Positions 19,625-29,790 of a stretch of DNA of 64,000 nt are shown here, one piece after another. Numbering within the stretch: the first letter of the stretch is position 1; each line of letters begins with the position of its first letter. The position numbers were made by a program, and so were the translations under genes. This stretch comes from an uncultured delta proteobacterium (GTDB lineage: Bacteria; Desulfobacterota; Binatia; UBA9968). The notes beneath the pieces are model-generated. The model was not told the origin of the DNA, searched no databases, and was given only the letters and a program-made list of their open reading frames with translations. The stretch is taken from NCBI GenBank assembly GCA_963745835.1, contig CAVUZH010000013.1, forward strand, positions 96,001 through 160,000. Direction: 5' to 3'.

Positions 19625-19770
19625 AGCCCTCCTGCCCGCCAGTGATCATCGATTACAGCCAGGCACACAATTTAGATATTCCAAGATCTAGGAGTTCCCC
19701 TCCCGGATAAAAACCTAAGATTTGCAAGGGTTTCAAACGCATGCTAGAAATTGCCACACCGGAGGGATGA

Positions 19771-20751
19771 ATGGATTTTGGGAAATTCGCTGATAAGTCG
19801 CTTCAAGGAGAGCTCTTGGAACGGGATGAGATGAAAGCTGTGCTCAATGCAGCCGATGAACAGATTCCGGAGCTGGTCAGCGCAGCTTTTAGAGTCCGTC
19901 ATCATTACTTCGGGAAGCGGGTGCAGATCCACATGCTGCAAAATGCCAAAAGCGGTTTATGCCCGGAGGACTGCCACTACTGCTCTCAGTCGTCGGTTTC
20001 CGAGGCTGCCATCGAGCGCTATCCGTTTCTTTCCAAAGAACAGCTGGTGGAAAGCGCCAAGCGGGCCAAAGAAGCCGGCGCAGTGCGCTACTGTATTGTT
20101 AACAGCGGCCGGGGTCCCACCCATAAAGAGATCGAGCAGATCGCCGAAGCAGTTAAAGAAATTCGCGCAAAAGTCGGCATCAACATCTGCTGCTCATTGG
20201 GTTTGATGAGCGAGGATAAGATTCGCAGCCTTAAAGAGGCCGGCGTCGGCCGTATCAATCACAACCTCAATACCAGCCGCGAACACCATCCCGAAATTGT
20301 GACAACCCACACCTACGATGACCGCGTTGCGACTGTTGAAAACGTCAAGTCCGCAGGTGTCGGCACGTGCTCCGGCGGCATCATCGGCATGGGTGAAAGC
20401 GACGACGACATCATCAATCTTGCGATTACTCTCCGCGCCATGGATATCGAGTCAATCCCGGTAAACTTTTTGCATTCCATCCCCAAAACTCCTTTTGAAG
20501 CCAAGAGACAGCTGACTCCGCAAAAGTGTTTGAAGACGCTTTGCCTGTTCCGCTTCGTAAATCCAAGCAAAGAAATTCGTGTAGCCGGCGGAAGAGAGAT
20601 CAATCTACGCTCGCTTCAGCCGCTGAGTCTCTATCCAGCAAATTCGATCTTCGTCAATGGTTATCTAACGACTCCGGGTCAAGAAGCGTCCGATGCGCAT
20701 CGCATGATCGAAGATCTCGGCTTCGAGCTCGATCAACCCGCGCCAATTTAA
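19771..20751 (+). CDS. bioB: Biotin synthase
   Basis: Radical SAM motif CPEDCHYCSQS, plus NHNLNT, CSGGIIGMGE, IPVNFL and YLTT. Confidence 0.96.
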   Translation: MDFGKFADKSLQGELLERDEMKAVLNAADEQIPELVSAAFRVRHHYFGKRVQIHMLQNAKSGLCPEDCHYCSQSSVSEAAIERYPFLSKEQLVESAKRAKEAGAVRYCIVNSGRGPTHKEIEQIAEAVKEIRAKVGINICCSLGLMSEDKIRSLKEAGVGRINHNLNTSREHHPEIVTTHTYDDRVATVENVKSAGVGTCSGGIIGMGESDDDIINLAITLRAMDIESIPVNFLHSIPKTPFEAKRQLTPQKCLKTLCLFRFVNPSKEIRVAGGREINLRSLQPLSLYPANSIFVNGYLTTPGQEASDAHRMIEDLGFELDQPAPI

Positions 20752-20826
20752 GCATAGCGCATTGGTTCTCGATGCTGCCGATGAATTCCACGGTTGATTG
20801 CGCATAGCTCATCGAACCCGAGTTGG

Positions 20827-21564
20827 TTATTTGCCGGTGACCCTCGGCGCAATCGAGACGCCCTGAACACCCGTTTTCTCGAGCGCTTGGGCAACCAGCC
20901 CGGAAGCCTTTACATCCTCGATGAATTCACGAAGGTAGCTTATGCCGGCCTCACGCCCTTTTGGAATGCCGAGCGCCTGCTGAATCGCCATGAACCGGCC
21001 GTCGAGCACACGGGATCCGGGAAGCTTCGCCGTGTTCGCTACCAGATGTTGTCTCACACCGCCGAGCGCGTCAACCTTGCCTGCGAGGATTAAATCAAAC
21101 GCCGCCTCAGGGCTGGAGGCTCGCACCAGTTGAGCGTGTTTTAGATTCCGGCTCAAAAACAAGTCGTAGGCGCTCTTACTTGAGACACCAACCCGAACAT
21201 CCTCACGGTCAACATCTGCAATGGCGACAAGCGCCGAGCCCGGCGGCAGAAGGTAGGTACCTTCGATCTCTATGTAGGGGGCAGTGAAATTGATTTCCTG
21301 TTCACGTCCGGGGTCGACCGCCAGGAACGCGACATCCCAAGCAGCGGCTTGTAATCCTTCAACCATTTTTCCGGCCGATTCAAAGCCAACCAGCTCGACC
21401 GGCAGATTAGTCCGTCTGCCAAGTTCGCGTGCCAGATCAACAGCTACGCCACTCAGCTGCCCGCTGGTCCGATCTCTCGTCGCCAGCACCGGATTTCCAT
21501 AGTTGATGCCGACGCGCAGTTTCCCTGTCGGCGCGAGATCAAGATGAAGAGAGGATAAATTCAT
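20827..21564 (-). CDS. Polar amino-acid-type solute-binding protein (orphan)
   Basis: LAPTGKLRVGINYGNPVL, GVAVDLARELG and FTAPY. No clear signal peptide. Confidence 0.85.
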   Translation of the reverse strand: MNLSSLHLDLAPTGKLRVGINYGNPVLATRDRTSGQLSGVAVDLARELGRRTNLPVELVGFESAGKMVEGLQAAAWDVAFLAVDPGREQEINFTAPYIEIEGTYLLPPGSALVAIADVDREDVRVGVSSKSAYDLFLSRNLKHAQLVRASSPEAAFDLILAGKVDALGGVRQHLVANTAKLPGSRVLDGRFMAIQQALGIPKGREAGISYLREFIEDVKASGLVAQALEKTGVQGVSIAPRVTGK

Positions 21565-21897
21565 AGAATAGCCGCCTTTACCTTAGTGAATTTGCTGGAC
21601 GAAGTTACTGGTTACGGGAAACGCGGTCAAGCTCGATAGTGTCGTCTGATGAATGATCATGGAACAAAAGTTGAAAATGTCCGCTACTGAACTGCTCGTA
21701 GGATGCTCTCGATCGCGCGATTTGGTCGCGTTTGGCGTGATTCAATGAGCAAGAGCATTTTTACGTTGCGGTCGCAGCTTATGTTTAACGTCGAGCCTTC
21801 GCTGCTGATACTGAACTGAACTCGAAACATTGAGTTCGATCACCTCAACTTATATGCTGGTCGCGTGCGCCCGGACGGACAAATTTGAGGTAGTGAG

Positions 21898-22650
21898 ATG
21901 CAGCTGGAACAATTCTCCGCGCAGATACGAAGCCACCGCAATATTGTATTTTTCACTGGCGCGGGCATCAGCACCGAGTCCGGTGTGCCAGATTTTCGTA
22001 GCCCGGGGGGTGTCTGGACCAAATACCAACCGGTTTATTTTCAAGATTTCTTAGCCAGCGAAGCCGCGCGCATTCAGCATTGGCGGTTGAAGAAAGCGAC
22101 TTACGAGCTCTTCAAGACCGTCAGGCCGAACATTGGCCACCATGCGATCCGCGACTTCGAACAGCGCGGGCAGCTACTCGGCCTGATCACCCAAAATATC
22201 GACGGGCTGCACAAGCTCGCCGGAGTTACCGACGAAAAGCTTGTTGAACTCCATGGGACCGATCGCCTGGTCACCTGCCTCAAGTGCGGCAAGCGCTTTG
22301 CTCCCGCCGACGTTTATGAAAATTTGGCAGAAGTGTTCTCGGCGCCTACCTGCGACGCCTGCGGCGGCTTTCTTAAATCAGCGAATATTTCCTTCGGCCA
22401 ACAAATGCCCGCCGAACCCATGCGTCGAGCGCAAATCTGGACCGAGGCGGCGGATGTTTTCATCGTCGTCGGTTCCTCGCTCCAAGTCCAACCCGCCGCC
22501 TCTTTCCCTGTTATCGCCAAACGCAACGGCGCCTTGCTGGCGATCGTCAACCGCGATGAGACGCCTCTGGATGATATTGCCGACTACGTTTATCACGGCG
22601 GCATCGGCGAATGGTTCGGAAAACTGGGTCCGTTGTTAACCGACGCTTGA
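21898..22650 (+). CDS. cobB: Sirtuin NAD-dependent protein deacylase
   Basis: Motifs GAGISTESGVPDFR, TQNIDGLH, ELHG, two CxxC and GSSL. Confidence 0.93.
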   Translation: MQLEQFSAQIRSHRNIVFFTGAGISTESGVPDFRSPGGVWTKYQPVYFQDFLASEAARIQHWRLKKATYELFKTVRPNIGHHAIRDFEQRGQLLGLITQNIDGLHKLAGVTDEKLVELHGTDRLVTCLKCGKRFAPADVYENLAEVFSAPTCDACGGFLKSANISFGQQMPAEPMRRAQIWTEAADVFIVVGSSLQVQPAASFPVIAKRNGALLAIVNRDETPLDDIADYVYHGGIGEWFGKLGPLLTDA

Positions 22651-22673
22651 AGCCGATATATTCAGCTTTAGTT

Positions 22674-22874
22674 ATGCGAGCAATATTTGTCCTTACCCTC
22701 ATATTGACTGTGGCCGCTTGCGCAACCGAGCGAACCGTTCTGGTGAACAGTCAAGGCGACCTGCTTACCTGCGAAACCAGCGGTTCGGGATTCTTCGGCG
22801 CTATCTCGGTTCGCAATCAGCAGCAACAATGCATCTCCGATGCCGAGACGCGCGGCTATCGGGTAAAGAATTAG
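22674..22874 (+). CDS. Small hypothetical lipoprotein
   Basis: Hydrophobic signal with VAAC lipobox and two further Cys. Confidence 0.7.
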   Translation: MRAIFVLTLILTVAACATERTVLVNSQGDLLTCETSGSGFFGAISVRNQQQQCISDAETRGYRVKN

Positions 22875-23118
22875 CGATCTCGCATCCTTGTCGGCGCTGA
22901 CTCCGAATGCGTCCGAGAACAATATTCTTGCCGAACTCCGACAGCCTCTCCGCGCGCACCGCACTCGATCCCGCGGCGCGGTTGCTCGCCCCAGGAGTGC
23001 GATCCTAATTGTTGCTGCTCGCGCCAGCGTGAGATCGCATGAGAGAATTCGGAGGAAGATCGTATTAGGGTTTCCAATCAGAAACTTTGTCTCCAGTTCA
23101 AGACGCTGATGTGCGTTA

Positions 23119-23544
23119 TTGGAGGGCATTGCCGTGCAATCGGTGAGCACAATAGAAGGAGGTTGCCTATGCGGCGCGGTTCGGTATCGCGCGTCGGGTC
23201 AGGCCTTCGGGATAACTCATTGCCACTGCCGGACTTGCCGGCGCGCCAGTGGCGCTCCGTTCATGACATGGGCCGGATTCGATAGCGATAAATTCACCTT
23301 TACGCAAGGTCGACCCGCCTCGTATAGATCCTCGGCAAACGTCGTGCGAACGTTCTGCCGCCGCTGCGGTACTGCGCTAAGTTACCAGCGCCTAGATCTA
23401 CCGGCTTCCATCGATGTGACTCTGGGAAGTATGGACGATCCGGAGAAAATAACGCCGGAAGATCATACCTGGACGGAGAACCGGATCTCCTGGATTACAC
23501 TAGATCAGTTACCGGCATACCCACAGGAAAGAAAGACCGACTGA
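23119..23544 (+). CDS. GFA / CENP-V family protein
   Basis: GGCLCGAVRY, CHCRTCRR and FCRRCGT. Confidence 0.9.
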   Translation: MEGIAVQSVSTIEGGCLCGAVRYRASGQAFGITHCHCRTCRRASGAPFMTWAGFDSDKFTFTQGRPASYRSSANVVRTFCRRCGTALSYQRLDLPASIDVTLGSMDDPEKITPEDHTWTENRISWITLDQLPAYPQERKTD

Positions 23545-23866
23545 TGCGGCTGTCACCCTTCAGAGGCTGCGGTTCTTTCACATGATCGACGCAGGATAAG
23601 GAGGGCAAAATTATGGCCGGTGCAAAAGAATTCATGAAAGAATTCGTGAATGACGTCTTCTGAAATCACCGAACGCGAACAGCGCGGTTTTCCCAGCCCT
23701 GGAATCCGAAGTCTCAATTGATCGGGGTGCATTCGGTCGCGCCCTGGGCTAAAGCAAAGCGGTGTGAGCATCGGGTGCATACCAGCCGGGAAGGAATCGT
23801 TTGTGTGATGAAGCGTAACAGACCGCTTGAAATAGTTTGGATCTTGCGCTCCGTGGGCGTGGAGTT

Positions 23867-24336
23867 TTGAAATCAATCCTTCTTTGGCTCTTGGTTATCA
23901 ACCTGGGCATCGCGTTAGGCGCCGGGCTTTATGAGACGCGAGTCGTTATTCCCCAGTATGCCAACCTGCCCCCTAAAGATTGGCCGAATACCGGGCCTCT
24001 TGTTCTGGGCCTACGTGACGACTGTCCCGCTTACGCTTCTGGCGCTTGCAAACCTCATCGCTGCTTGGTTAGACAAAAGCGTAAGACGCAAATGGTGGTT
24101 GAGCGCGGTATTCATTGTCTTAATAGAGAGGCTTACAACTTTCTCCTATTTCATACCGGCTATGCTCAATCTCGCCGCTTCGGATTTGCCCCATGCGGAG
24201 ATCGCTGCGAGATTATCGCAATGGCTTTTTTTCAATCACGCGCGTCATCTCCTTACCCTCGGGCTGGTTGCTGGCGCTCAAAGCATTGTCGTTAGCAACG
24301 ACGACCAAGTGTAATGATCGCAAAAGCACCGGCTAG
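23867..24336 (+). CDS. DUF1772-like membrane protein; apparent frameshifts near 23995 and 24260
   Basis: Segments in successive frames: LLWLLVINLGIALGAGLYETRVVIP, then LLFWAYVTTVPLTLL...TFSYFIP...RHLLTL, then GWLLALKALS. Confidence 0.6.
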
Positions 24337-24357
24337 AAAAGTAAGAAAGGTGCAATC

Positions 24358-24930
24358 ATGAAACTGTACTACAATCCTAAGAGCCGAGCCGTGATCGCGA
24401 AATGGATGCTCGACGAGTGCGCCGCAAAATATGACATCGTGCCCATCGAGTTTGAAAAAGGCGAGCACAAAACACCGGAATTTCTCAGGATCAACCCGGC
24501 CGGAAAGTTGCCGGCCCTAGTCGATGGTGAGTCGAAGATCTTTGAGACTGCGGCGATCTGTCTTTATCTTGCCGACAAGTTTGCCGAAGCCAACCTTGCT
24601 CCCAGGATCGGCGCGCCGGAGCGCGGCCGGTATCTCTCGCTCATGGTTTATTCAACGGCTCAGCTCGAGCCCGCTTTGGGTGACGCAATGCTAGGCCAGA
24701 CCTCGCCGCAGCGCGGCTGGGCGGATTTCGAGAGCGTGCGCAATGTTATCGAAGGCGAACTCGGCGAGGGTCCCTACCTGTTCGGAGAGTGGTTTACCGC
24801 CGCTGACGTGATGATCGGCTCTATGTTCATGTGGAGGCGAATGCTGGGTGGCCAGCCCGATCGTCCCAGGCTTGAAGCCTATGTCGATCGCCTGATCGCG
24901 CGCCCCGTGGCTCCAAAGCTGGGCGGCTAA
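24358..24930 (+). CDS. Glutathione S-transferase family protein
   Basis: INPAGKLPAL, ETAAICLYLA and FTAADV. Confidence 0.92.
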   Translation: MKLYYNPKSRAVIAKWMLDECAAKYDIVPIEFEKGEHKTPEFLRINPAGKLPALVDGESKIFETAAICLYLADKFAEANLAPRIGAPERGRYLSLMVYSTAQLEPALGDAMLGQTSPQRGWADFESVRNVIEGELGEGPYLFGEWFTAADVMIGSMFMWRRMLGGQPDRPRLEAYVDRLIARPVAPKLGG

Positions 24931-25055
24931 CTCTCCAGCATCTCGAGAAGAAGCAGTGCTCGTGATTGTCTTGCCGCCACGACGAACATCCATATCCGTA
25001 GCCGACAGAATCGTTTCTGGGAGCCGTTAAGCCAAACAATTTTAGGAGGAGAACG

Positions 25056-25430
25056 ATGAGTAAAGTTAGTGTCCGATACATCGTCGACGATGTCGATGCG
25101 GCGATTCCCTTCTATACCGGCATGCTCGGCTTTAAACTCGACATGCATCCTGCGCCGGGTTTCGCGAGCCTGTCGCGAGGGGATTTGCAGTTGCTGCTTA
25201 ATCGACCCGGCGCGGGAGGAGCCGGCCAAGCCATGCCGGATAGCCAACGCCCAGCACCGGGTGGATGGAACCGAATCCAAATCGAAGTCGGCGATCTCGA
25301 AGCCACCGCCGAGAAACTGAAGAGTTCCGGAGCACGATTTCGGAACGAGATCGTGACCGGCAACGGAGGCAAGCAAATCCTCGTGGAGGATCCGTCGGGA
25401 AATCCGATCGAGCTGTTTCAGCCCTTCTGA
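25056..25430 (+). CDS. VOC/glyoxalase family protein
   Basis: VRYIVDDVDAAIPFY and EDPSGNPIELFQP. AGGAGG RBS. Confidence 0.9.
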   Translation: MSKVSVRYIVDDVDAAIPFYTGMLGFKLDMHPAPGFASLSRGDLQLLLNRPGAGGAGQAMPDSQRPAPGGWNRIQIEVGDLEATAEKLKSSGARFRNEIVTGNGGKQILVEDPSGNPIELFQPF

Positions 25431-25528
25431 CTTCGGTTAACGCGAGTCTGGACGCGTGACGGTTGTAAAGAGGGTGTCGTTTAATAATTTAACCGGCATT
25501 AATTTTCGATAGATAAGGAGATACGAAC

Positions 25529-25906
25529 ATGGCCATCCTCCTGGATCACACCATTGTCCCGGCAAAAGACAAGCTCGCGTCTGCCACGTTCTTCGCGGAA
25601 ATTCTCGGATTGAAGGTGAAGCCGGGCGAAGGATACTTTGCGCAAGTTCAAGTCAACGACAGTCTAACCTTTGACTTTGCCGATGAGACGGAACCTCAGA
25701 GCCATCACTATGCCTTCCACATCAGCGACGCGGAATTTGAGGCGATTTACCAACGGGTGAAGGCCAAAGGACTGCCGTACGGCAGCGGGCCGTACAACCA
25801 CACCGATGGCAAGATCTACACTCGTCGCGGCGGCCGCGGCTTTTACTTCGAAGACCCGAACGGCCACCTGCTCGAAGTGATGACGGTGCGCGAGACGGGC
25901 AGTTGA
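25529..25906 (+). CDS. VOC/glyoxalase family protein
   Basis: LDHTIV, HYAFH and YFEDPNGHLLE. Confidence 0.9.
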   Translation: MAILLDHTIVPAKDKLASATFFAEILGLKVKPGEGYFAQVQVNDSLTFDFADETEPQSHHYAFHISDAEFEAIYQRVKAKGLPYGSGPYNHTDGKIYTRRGGRGFYFEDPNGHLLEVMTVRETGS

Positions 25907-25948
25907 GTTTGATTATTCTTGGCCGAACAGCGGCTGAGTGAAGAGAAT

Positions 25949-26356
25949 ATGGCGACCATCCACAAAGAAATCGCAATCGATCGGAGTAAAGAAATCGTTT
26001 GGGACGCTATTCGAGATGTTGGTGCGATCCACAAACGCTTGGTCCCTGGCTTCGTAGTAGACTGTGAACTAGAAGGTGAGTGGCGAACCGTAACGTTTGC
26101 AAACGGCATGGTCGTACGGGAACTCATCGTCGCTGTCGATGAAAAAAACTGCCGCCACGCTTGGTCGGCTCGCGGCGCGCCTCTCACTCATCATAACGCA
26201 TCCGTACAGGTATTCCCGGACAGCGACGAAAAGTGTCGTGTCGTCTGGATAGCGGATTTGATGCCCGATGAGGTGGCCGAAGCTATCGCGGAAATGATTG
26301 AACAAGGATTAAGTAGAATGAAACAAACGCTCGAGGCCGCTCCAACCGCTAGCTGA
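25949..26356 (+). CDS. SRPBCC (polyketide cyclase/dehydrase-like) protein
   Basis: MATIHKEIAI, VWDAIRDVGAIHKRLVPGFV and HHNAS. Confidence 0.85.
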   Translation: MATIHKEIAIDRSKEIVWDAIRDVGAIHKRLVPGFVVDCELEGEWRTVTFANGMVVRELIVAVDEKNCRHAWSARGAPLTHHNASVQVFPDSDEKCRVVWIADLMPDEVAEAIAEMIEQGLSRMKQTLEAAPTAS

Positions 26357-26443
26357 CTCCAGCGGAAAAAGCGCCGCAACTCGTCAGAGGACTCTCGCCA
26401 GGGCTCTTGTCGTTGGAAAGGGCAAGGCCGTGAGATCATCCAT

Positions 26444-26477
26444 TTAGCTGTTCGGGCGAATTAGCTGTTCGGGCGAA
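26444..26477. repeat. Exact 17-bp tandem duplication
   Basis: TTAGCTGTTCGGGCGAA occurs twice in tandem in the convergent intergenic region. Confidence 0.9.
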
Positions 26478-26549
26478 TCGCCATGTCGGCCTAAACATCG
26501 GTAACGCAGATAATTTGAGTTTACCGTAAAAATTCGCCGGCGGCTCGAT

Positions 26550-26927
26550 CTAACTAACCGCGGATCCCGATACGTCGACCATGACGTTGAATCCGCCATA
26601 GACCATGCGCTTAACATCGAAAGGCATAGACTTCGGATCCATCGAACCTGCCAAACGCCGATCTTTCATGACTTTTGCGTTAACCCGGTCGCGATCGGTT
26701 CGCGATTTGAATACAATCCAGGCAAACACTACCGTCTCGCCACGCTTGAGCTTTATTGTTCGCGGAAACGATACCAGCCCGTTCACGTTGAGGTCGTCAC
26801 CGGCGCATTCCCGATACTCGAGCGCGCCATGCTCGCGCCAGATCTTTCCAGCCTTTTGGGCCATGCGCCGGTATGCCTGGAGATTTTTCTTGGGCACCGG
26901 CAATAGAAAACCATCAACATAGCGCAT
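26550..26927 (-). CDS. DUF1428 family protein
   Basis: YVDGFLLPVP, EHGALEYREC and MPFDVKRMVYGGF. Confidence 0.9.
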   Translation of the reverse strand: MRYVDGFLLPVPKKNLQAYRRMAQKAGKIWREHGALEYRECAGDDLNVNGLVSFPRTIKLKRGETVVFAWIVFKSRTDRDRVNAKVMKDRRLAGSMDPKSMPFDVKRMVYGGFNVMVDVSGSAVS

Positions 26928-26959
26928 TCATCGATCCTCCATTGTGATCGAATAGTTCT

Positions 26960-27805
26960 TTAAGCCAGATCAGCCATAGGAGTCATGCTTTCTGCCTTGC
27001 GACAGCGCTCCAGGAGACGAGCGTCTCCGAGCTGCTGCACGCAAGCGGCGAATCCGTCAGTTGGTCCACGCCAGCGGAGCTCGTCGATATTGCGGAACAG
27101 GCACGCGTCCGTCCTGAGCGTCGCCAGCTTCTTGAACAGTAGCGCCATCTCGCGATTATTTCCCAGTACGCTAGATGGAAAATTTTCTATCATGCCGTGC
27201 CGATTGAGCAGCCGTGCAGCCGAGATCGGCCCAATCCCCGCAATGCCCGGAAATCCATCCGCGCTATCGCCGACAAGAGCGAGCAAGTCGGGGATCAAAA
27301 CCGGATCCACCCCGAACTTCTCGCGAACTCCGTCGGCATTGCGCATTTTTTGTGTGCGACGCTCCACCTGCACTATCCGGTCCCCGCGGACGCACTGCGC
27401 CAGGTCTTTGTCGGGCGTCCAAATGCAAATTTTTTCCACGCCTGCGTTTCCGGCGGCGATCTGCGCAGCCGAGGCAAGCGCATCGTCAGCCTCCAATTCA
27501 ATCATCGGCCAGACAGCCACGCCCATTGCGGCCAGTGCTTCTTCGAGCGGATGGAACTGAGCAAGGAGAGCGCGCTCGATACCATCGCCGGTCTTGTATC
27601 CAGGCCAGAGACGATTTCGAAACGACTCGATCACGTGATCGGTCGCCACTCCCACGTGCGTCGCTCCACTCTCAATCATCTGCAGTACTGTATTGAGGAC
27701 GCCAATGACGCCCCCGAAAGGTCGGTCCTCGCCCTTGTTGAAACGGCGCAAGCCGTAGAAGTGGCGGAACAGCTCGTAGGTACCGTCTATGAGATGGATG
27801 ATCAT
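26960..27805 (-). CDS. Stand-alone 5'-3' exonuclease / flap endonuclease
   Basis: HLIDGTYELFR, EADD, DKDLAQ and the H3TH motif LVGDSADGFPGIAGIG. Confidence 0.9.
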   Translation of the reverse strand: MIIHLIDGTYELFRHFYGLRRFNKGEDRPFGGVIGVLNTVLQMIESGATHVGVATDHVIESFRNRLWPGYKTGDGIERALLAQFHPLEEALAAMGVAVWPMIELEADDALASAAQIAAGNAGVEKICIWTPDKDLAQCVRGDRIVQVERRTQKMRNADGVREKFGVDPVLIPDLLALVGDSADGFPGIAGIGPISAARLLNRHGMIENFPSSVLGNNREMALLFKKLATLRTDACLFRNIDELRWRGPTDGFAACVQQLGDARLLERCRKAESMTPMADLA

Positions 27806-27963
27806 GGTTGAGGTGAAGTGGCATCCTAAACTGGGCGCGTAACTACAATTGTAAAGCGTGATGCTTTTTTTGCCTTACCCTTCAGCCCGCTAAAATTCAC
27901 CCTCGAGCTGTATGCCGAGCAACGCATCGGAATTGCATACGAACATACTCTTCGGATGCATGC

Positions 27964-28260
27964 TCACTCGCCGCGATCTTCACTCGGAAGTTGACCGCCA
28001 AATCTTCGGACAGCACGCGTCCTTGCTTTAGCAGCCTGTTCCTGCCGAGTCTTCGGGGCTGTTGTCGATTCTAATGAAGCCAGAAGGTGCTTTGAGATCA
28101 TCGCGACCTCATCGACGGCCGAAAAAAATACGGTCTCGTTTGCTTTCGAGGGCTTGTTGTAGCCGCTGATTTTCCGTACAAACTGCAGCGATGCTGCCCG
28201 GATTTCCGAGTCGGTAACCGGCGGCTCAAAATTGAATAGCGTTTTGATGTTTCTACACAT
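27964..28260 (-). CDS. DUF2277 family protein
   Basis: MCRNIKTLFNFEPP...EIRAASLQFVRKISG. Confidence 0.88.
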   Translation of the reverse strand: MCRNIKTLFNFEPPVTDSEIRAASLQFVRKISGYNKPSKANETVFFSAVDEVAMISKHLLASLESTTAPKTRQEQAAKARTRAVRRFGGQLPSEDRGE

Positions 28261-28446
28261 GGCGTTTGACCTCGAAACGTGCGCTCGTCCAAAACTTCGG
28301 CGCGCGTTCAATCGCAAATCGGCTCTGCCATTAGATAAGGAAGCATTGTCATGCGGTGAAAAGTCCTCGTCGAAAAGCGGATCTCGATTTCGCGGTTTTG
28401 ATCTTCTGCGCCGGATATTTTCCTTGGCGTTCTGCTCTGCTCGAAT

Positions 28447-28860
28447 CTAGGTGCGCTTTGCGCTTGGCTGAAGCCGCGACGGCTGAGCCGATCCGGGATA
28501 CGGCGTCAGACGCCAGCGCCCGTAGGCGACAAAAGCGCATAAAAGACCCACAACGAGCGGCATCAGCGCCATGGCAATATCGCCAGCGAAGATTGTGAAG
28601 ATCACGGCTCCGATCATGATGATCACCAGCCCGGCAGCTGCCAAAGGTGTCAGACCCGGGCGAATTCCCGTTAACCAGGGAACAATCAGGCCGATCGCAC
28701 CTAGCACCTCGATGACGCCGGTGAGACGCAAGAACCAGCCTGGCAGCGCTAGCGGCATTTGCTTCAGCATCTCCTCGATCGGAGTGATCAGCTTCACGCC
28801 ACCGGCGAACAGAAATAGGGCGGCAAGCAACACTTGAAGGATCCACAGTGCAACGTTCAT
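28447..28860 (-). CDS. DoxX-like membrane protein
   Basis: ALWILQVLLAALFLFAGGVKL, EVLGAIGL and LTPLAAAGL. Confidence 0.9.
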   Translation of the reverse strand: MNVALWILQVLLAALFLFAGGVKLITPIEEMLKQMPLALPGWFLRLTGVIEVLGAIGLIVPWLTGIRPGLTPLAAAGLVIIMIGAVIFTIFAGDIAMALMPLVVGLLCAFVAYGRWRLTPYPGSAQPSRLQPSAKRT

Positions 28861-28967
28861 GATTGATCTCCTTCGTCCTCGATTGTAACCCCCTTACATG
28901 GAACGCTCTGGCAACCGGGAGCTTCGGTCGGGCATTCCTCATGCGGAAGTCGAGCCATGCGGGACGG

Positions 28968-29372
28968 TTACTCGGCGATCTCGTCATAACCGCGCCCGAC
29001 AAACTGCACAAAACAAAAACCATGGCCGAACGGATCAGCCATAAGCGCGAGCTTGCCCCACCCGAATACCTGGATGGGCTTTTCTAGCACCGCTCCGGCT
29101 AAGACAGCTCGCTCTACCGCCGGCTCGATTTCATCGACGACAAAATCGAGATGCACCGGCGTCCAATGCCGCTGATAGGTTCGGGCCACCGAAGTTGTCT
29201 CCGCGGGCGCGGTTGCTGATCTCTCCAGGAGATATATTGGAGACGAACAGCCAAGCATCTCCAATCCGACGGCGCCGAGGCGGCGGCCGGCTCTCAGTCC
29301 GAATACAGAACTGTAAAAGCGCGCCGCCTTATCAAGATCATCAACGTCCAAATTCACCAGGAGATCGCTCAC
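28968..29372 (-). CDS. VOC/glyoxalase family protein
   Basis: LVNLDVDDL, HWTPVHLDF and DPFGHGFC. Start taken at GTG 29372. Confidence 0.85.
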   Translation of the reverse strand: MSDLLVNLDVDDLDKAARFYSSVFGLRAGRRLGAVGLEMLGCSSPIYLLERSATAPAETTSVARTYQRHWTPVHLDFVVDEIEPAVERAVLAGAVLEKPIQVFGWGKLALMADPFGHGFCFVQFVGRGYDEIAE

Positions 29373-29400
29373 GCCGTCGCCTATATGCCGCTGGACGCAT

Positions 29401-29748
29401 TCACAACGACCGCCCGTCGAAGTTCTGAACCGGAACGCTTGCCAGGTCAATCCCTTCGATGCACCGAAGATTTATGGCGGCAATCTTGTTTCCGTTGGGA
29501 TCGATGCCTTCACCGTATGGATGGATGCCGCATGTCTGACAAAAGCGGTGTTTGATCACCTGCTTGTTGAACGTGTAGGTTCCGATGTCCTTTTCCGGCG
29601 TGAGCACAGTCAACTGTTCGCGGGGCACAAACCACAAGAGCGATCCCTTGCGCGAACAGATCGAACAATTGCATGCCATCGCCGCTTTAATTTCGCCTTC
29701 AGCTTCAAATGCAATCTTACCGCAGTGACAGCTGCCCTTATACTTCAC
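29401..29748 (-). CDS. GFA / CENP-V family protein
   Basis: GSCHCG, CNCSIC and FCQTCGIH. Confidence 0.92.
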   Translation of the reverse strand: MKYKGSCHCGKIAFEAEGEIKAAMACNCSICSRKGSLLWFVPREQLTVLTPEKDIGTYTFNKQVIKHRFCQTCGIHPYGEGIDPNGNKIAAINLRCIEGIDLASVPVQNFDGRSL

Positions 29749-29790
29749 ATGAGCTCTCCTTATTCGGCTTTTGACGTCATTGTTATCCTT

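Noticed and set aside
2507-22650. pncB, HDAC and cobB as an NAD/acylation or Thoeris-like system
   Set aside because: The genes are dispersed among housekeeping loci, and cobB is a canonical Zn-binding sirtuin rather than a defence SIR2.
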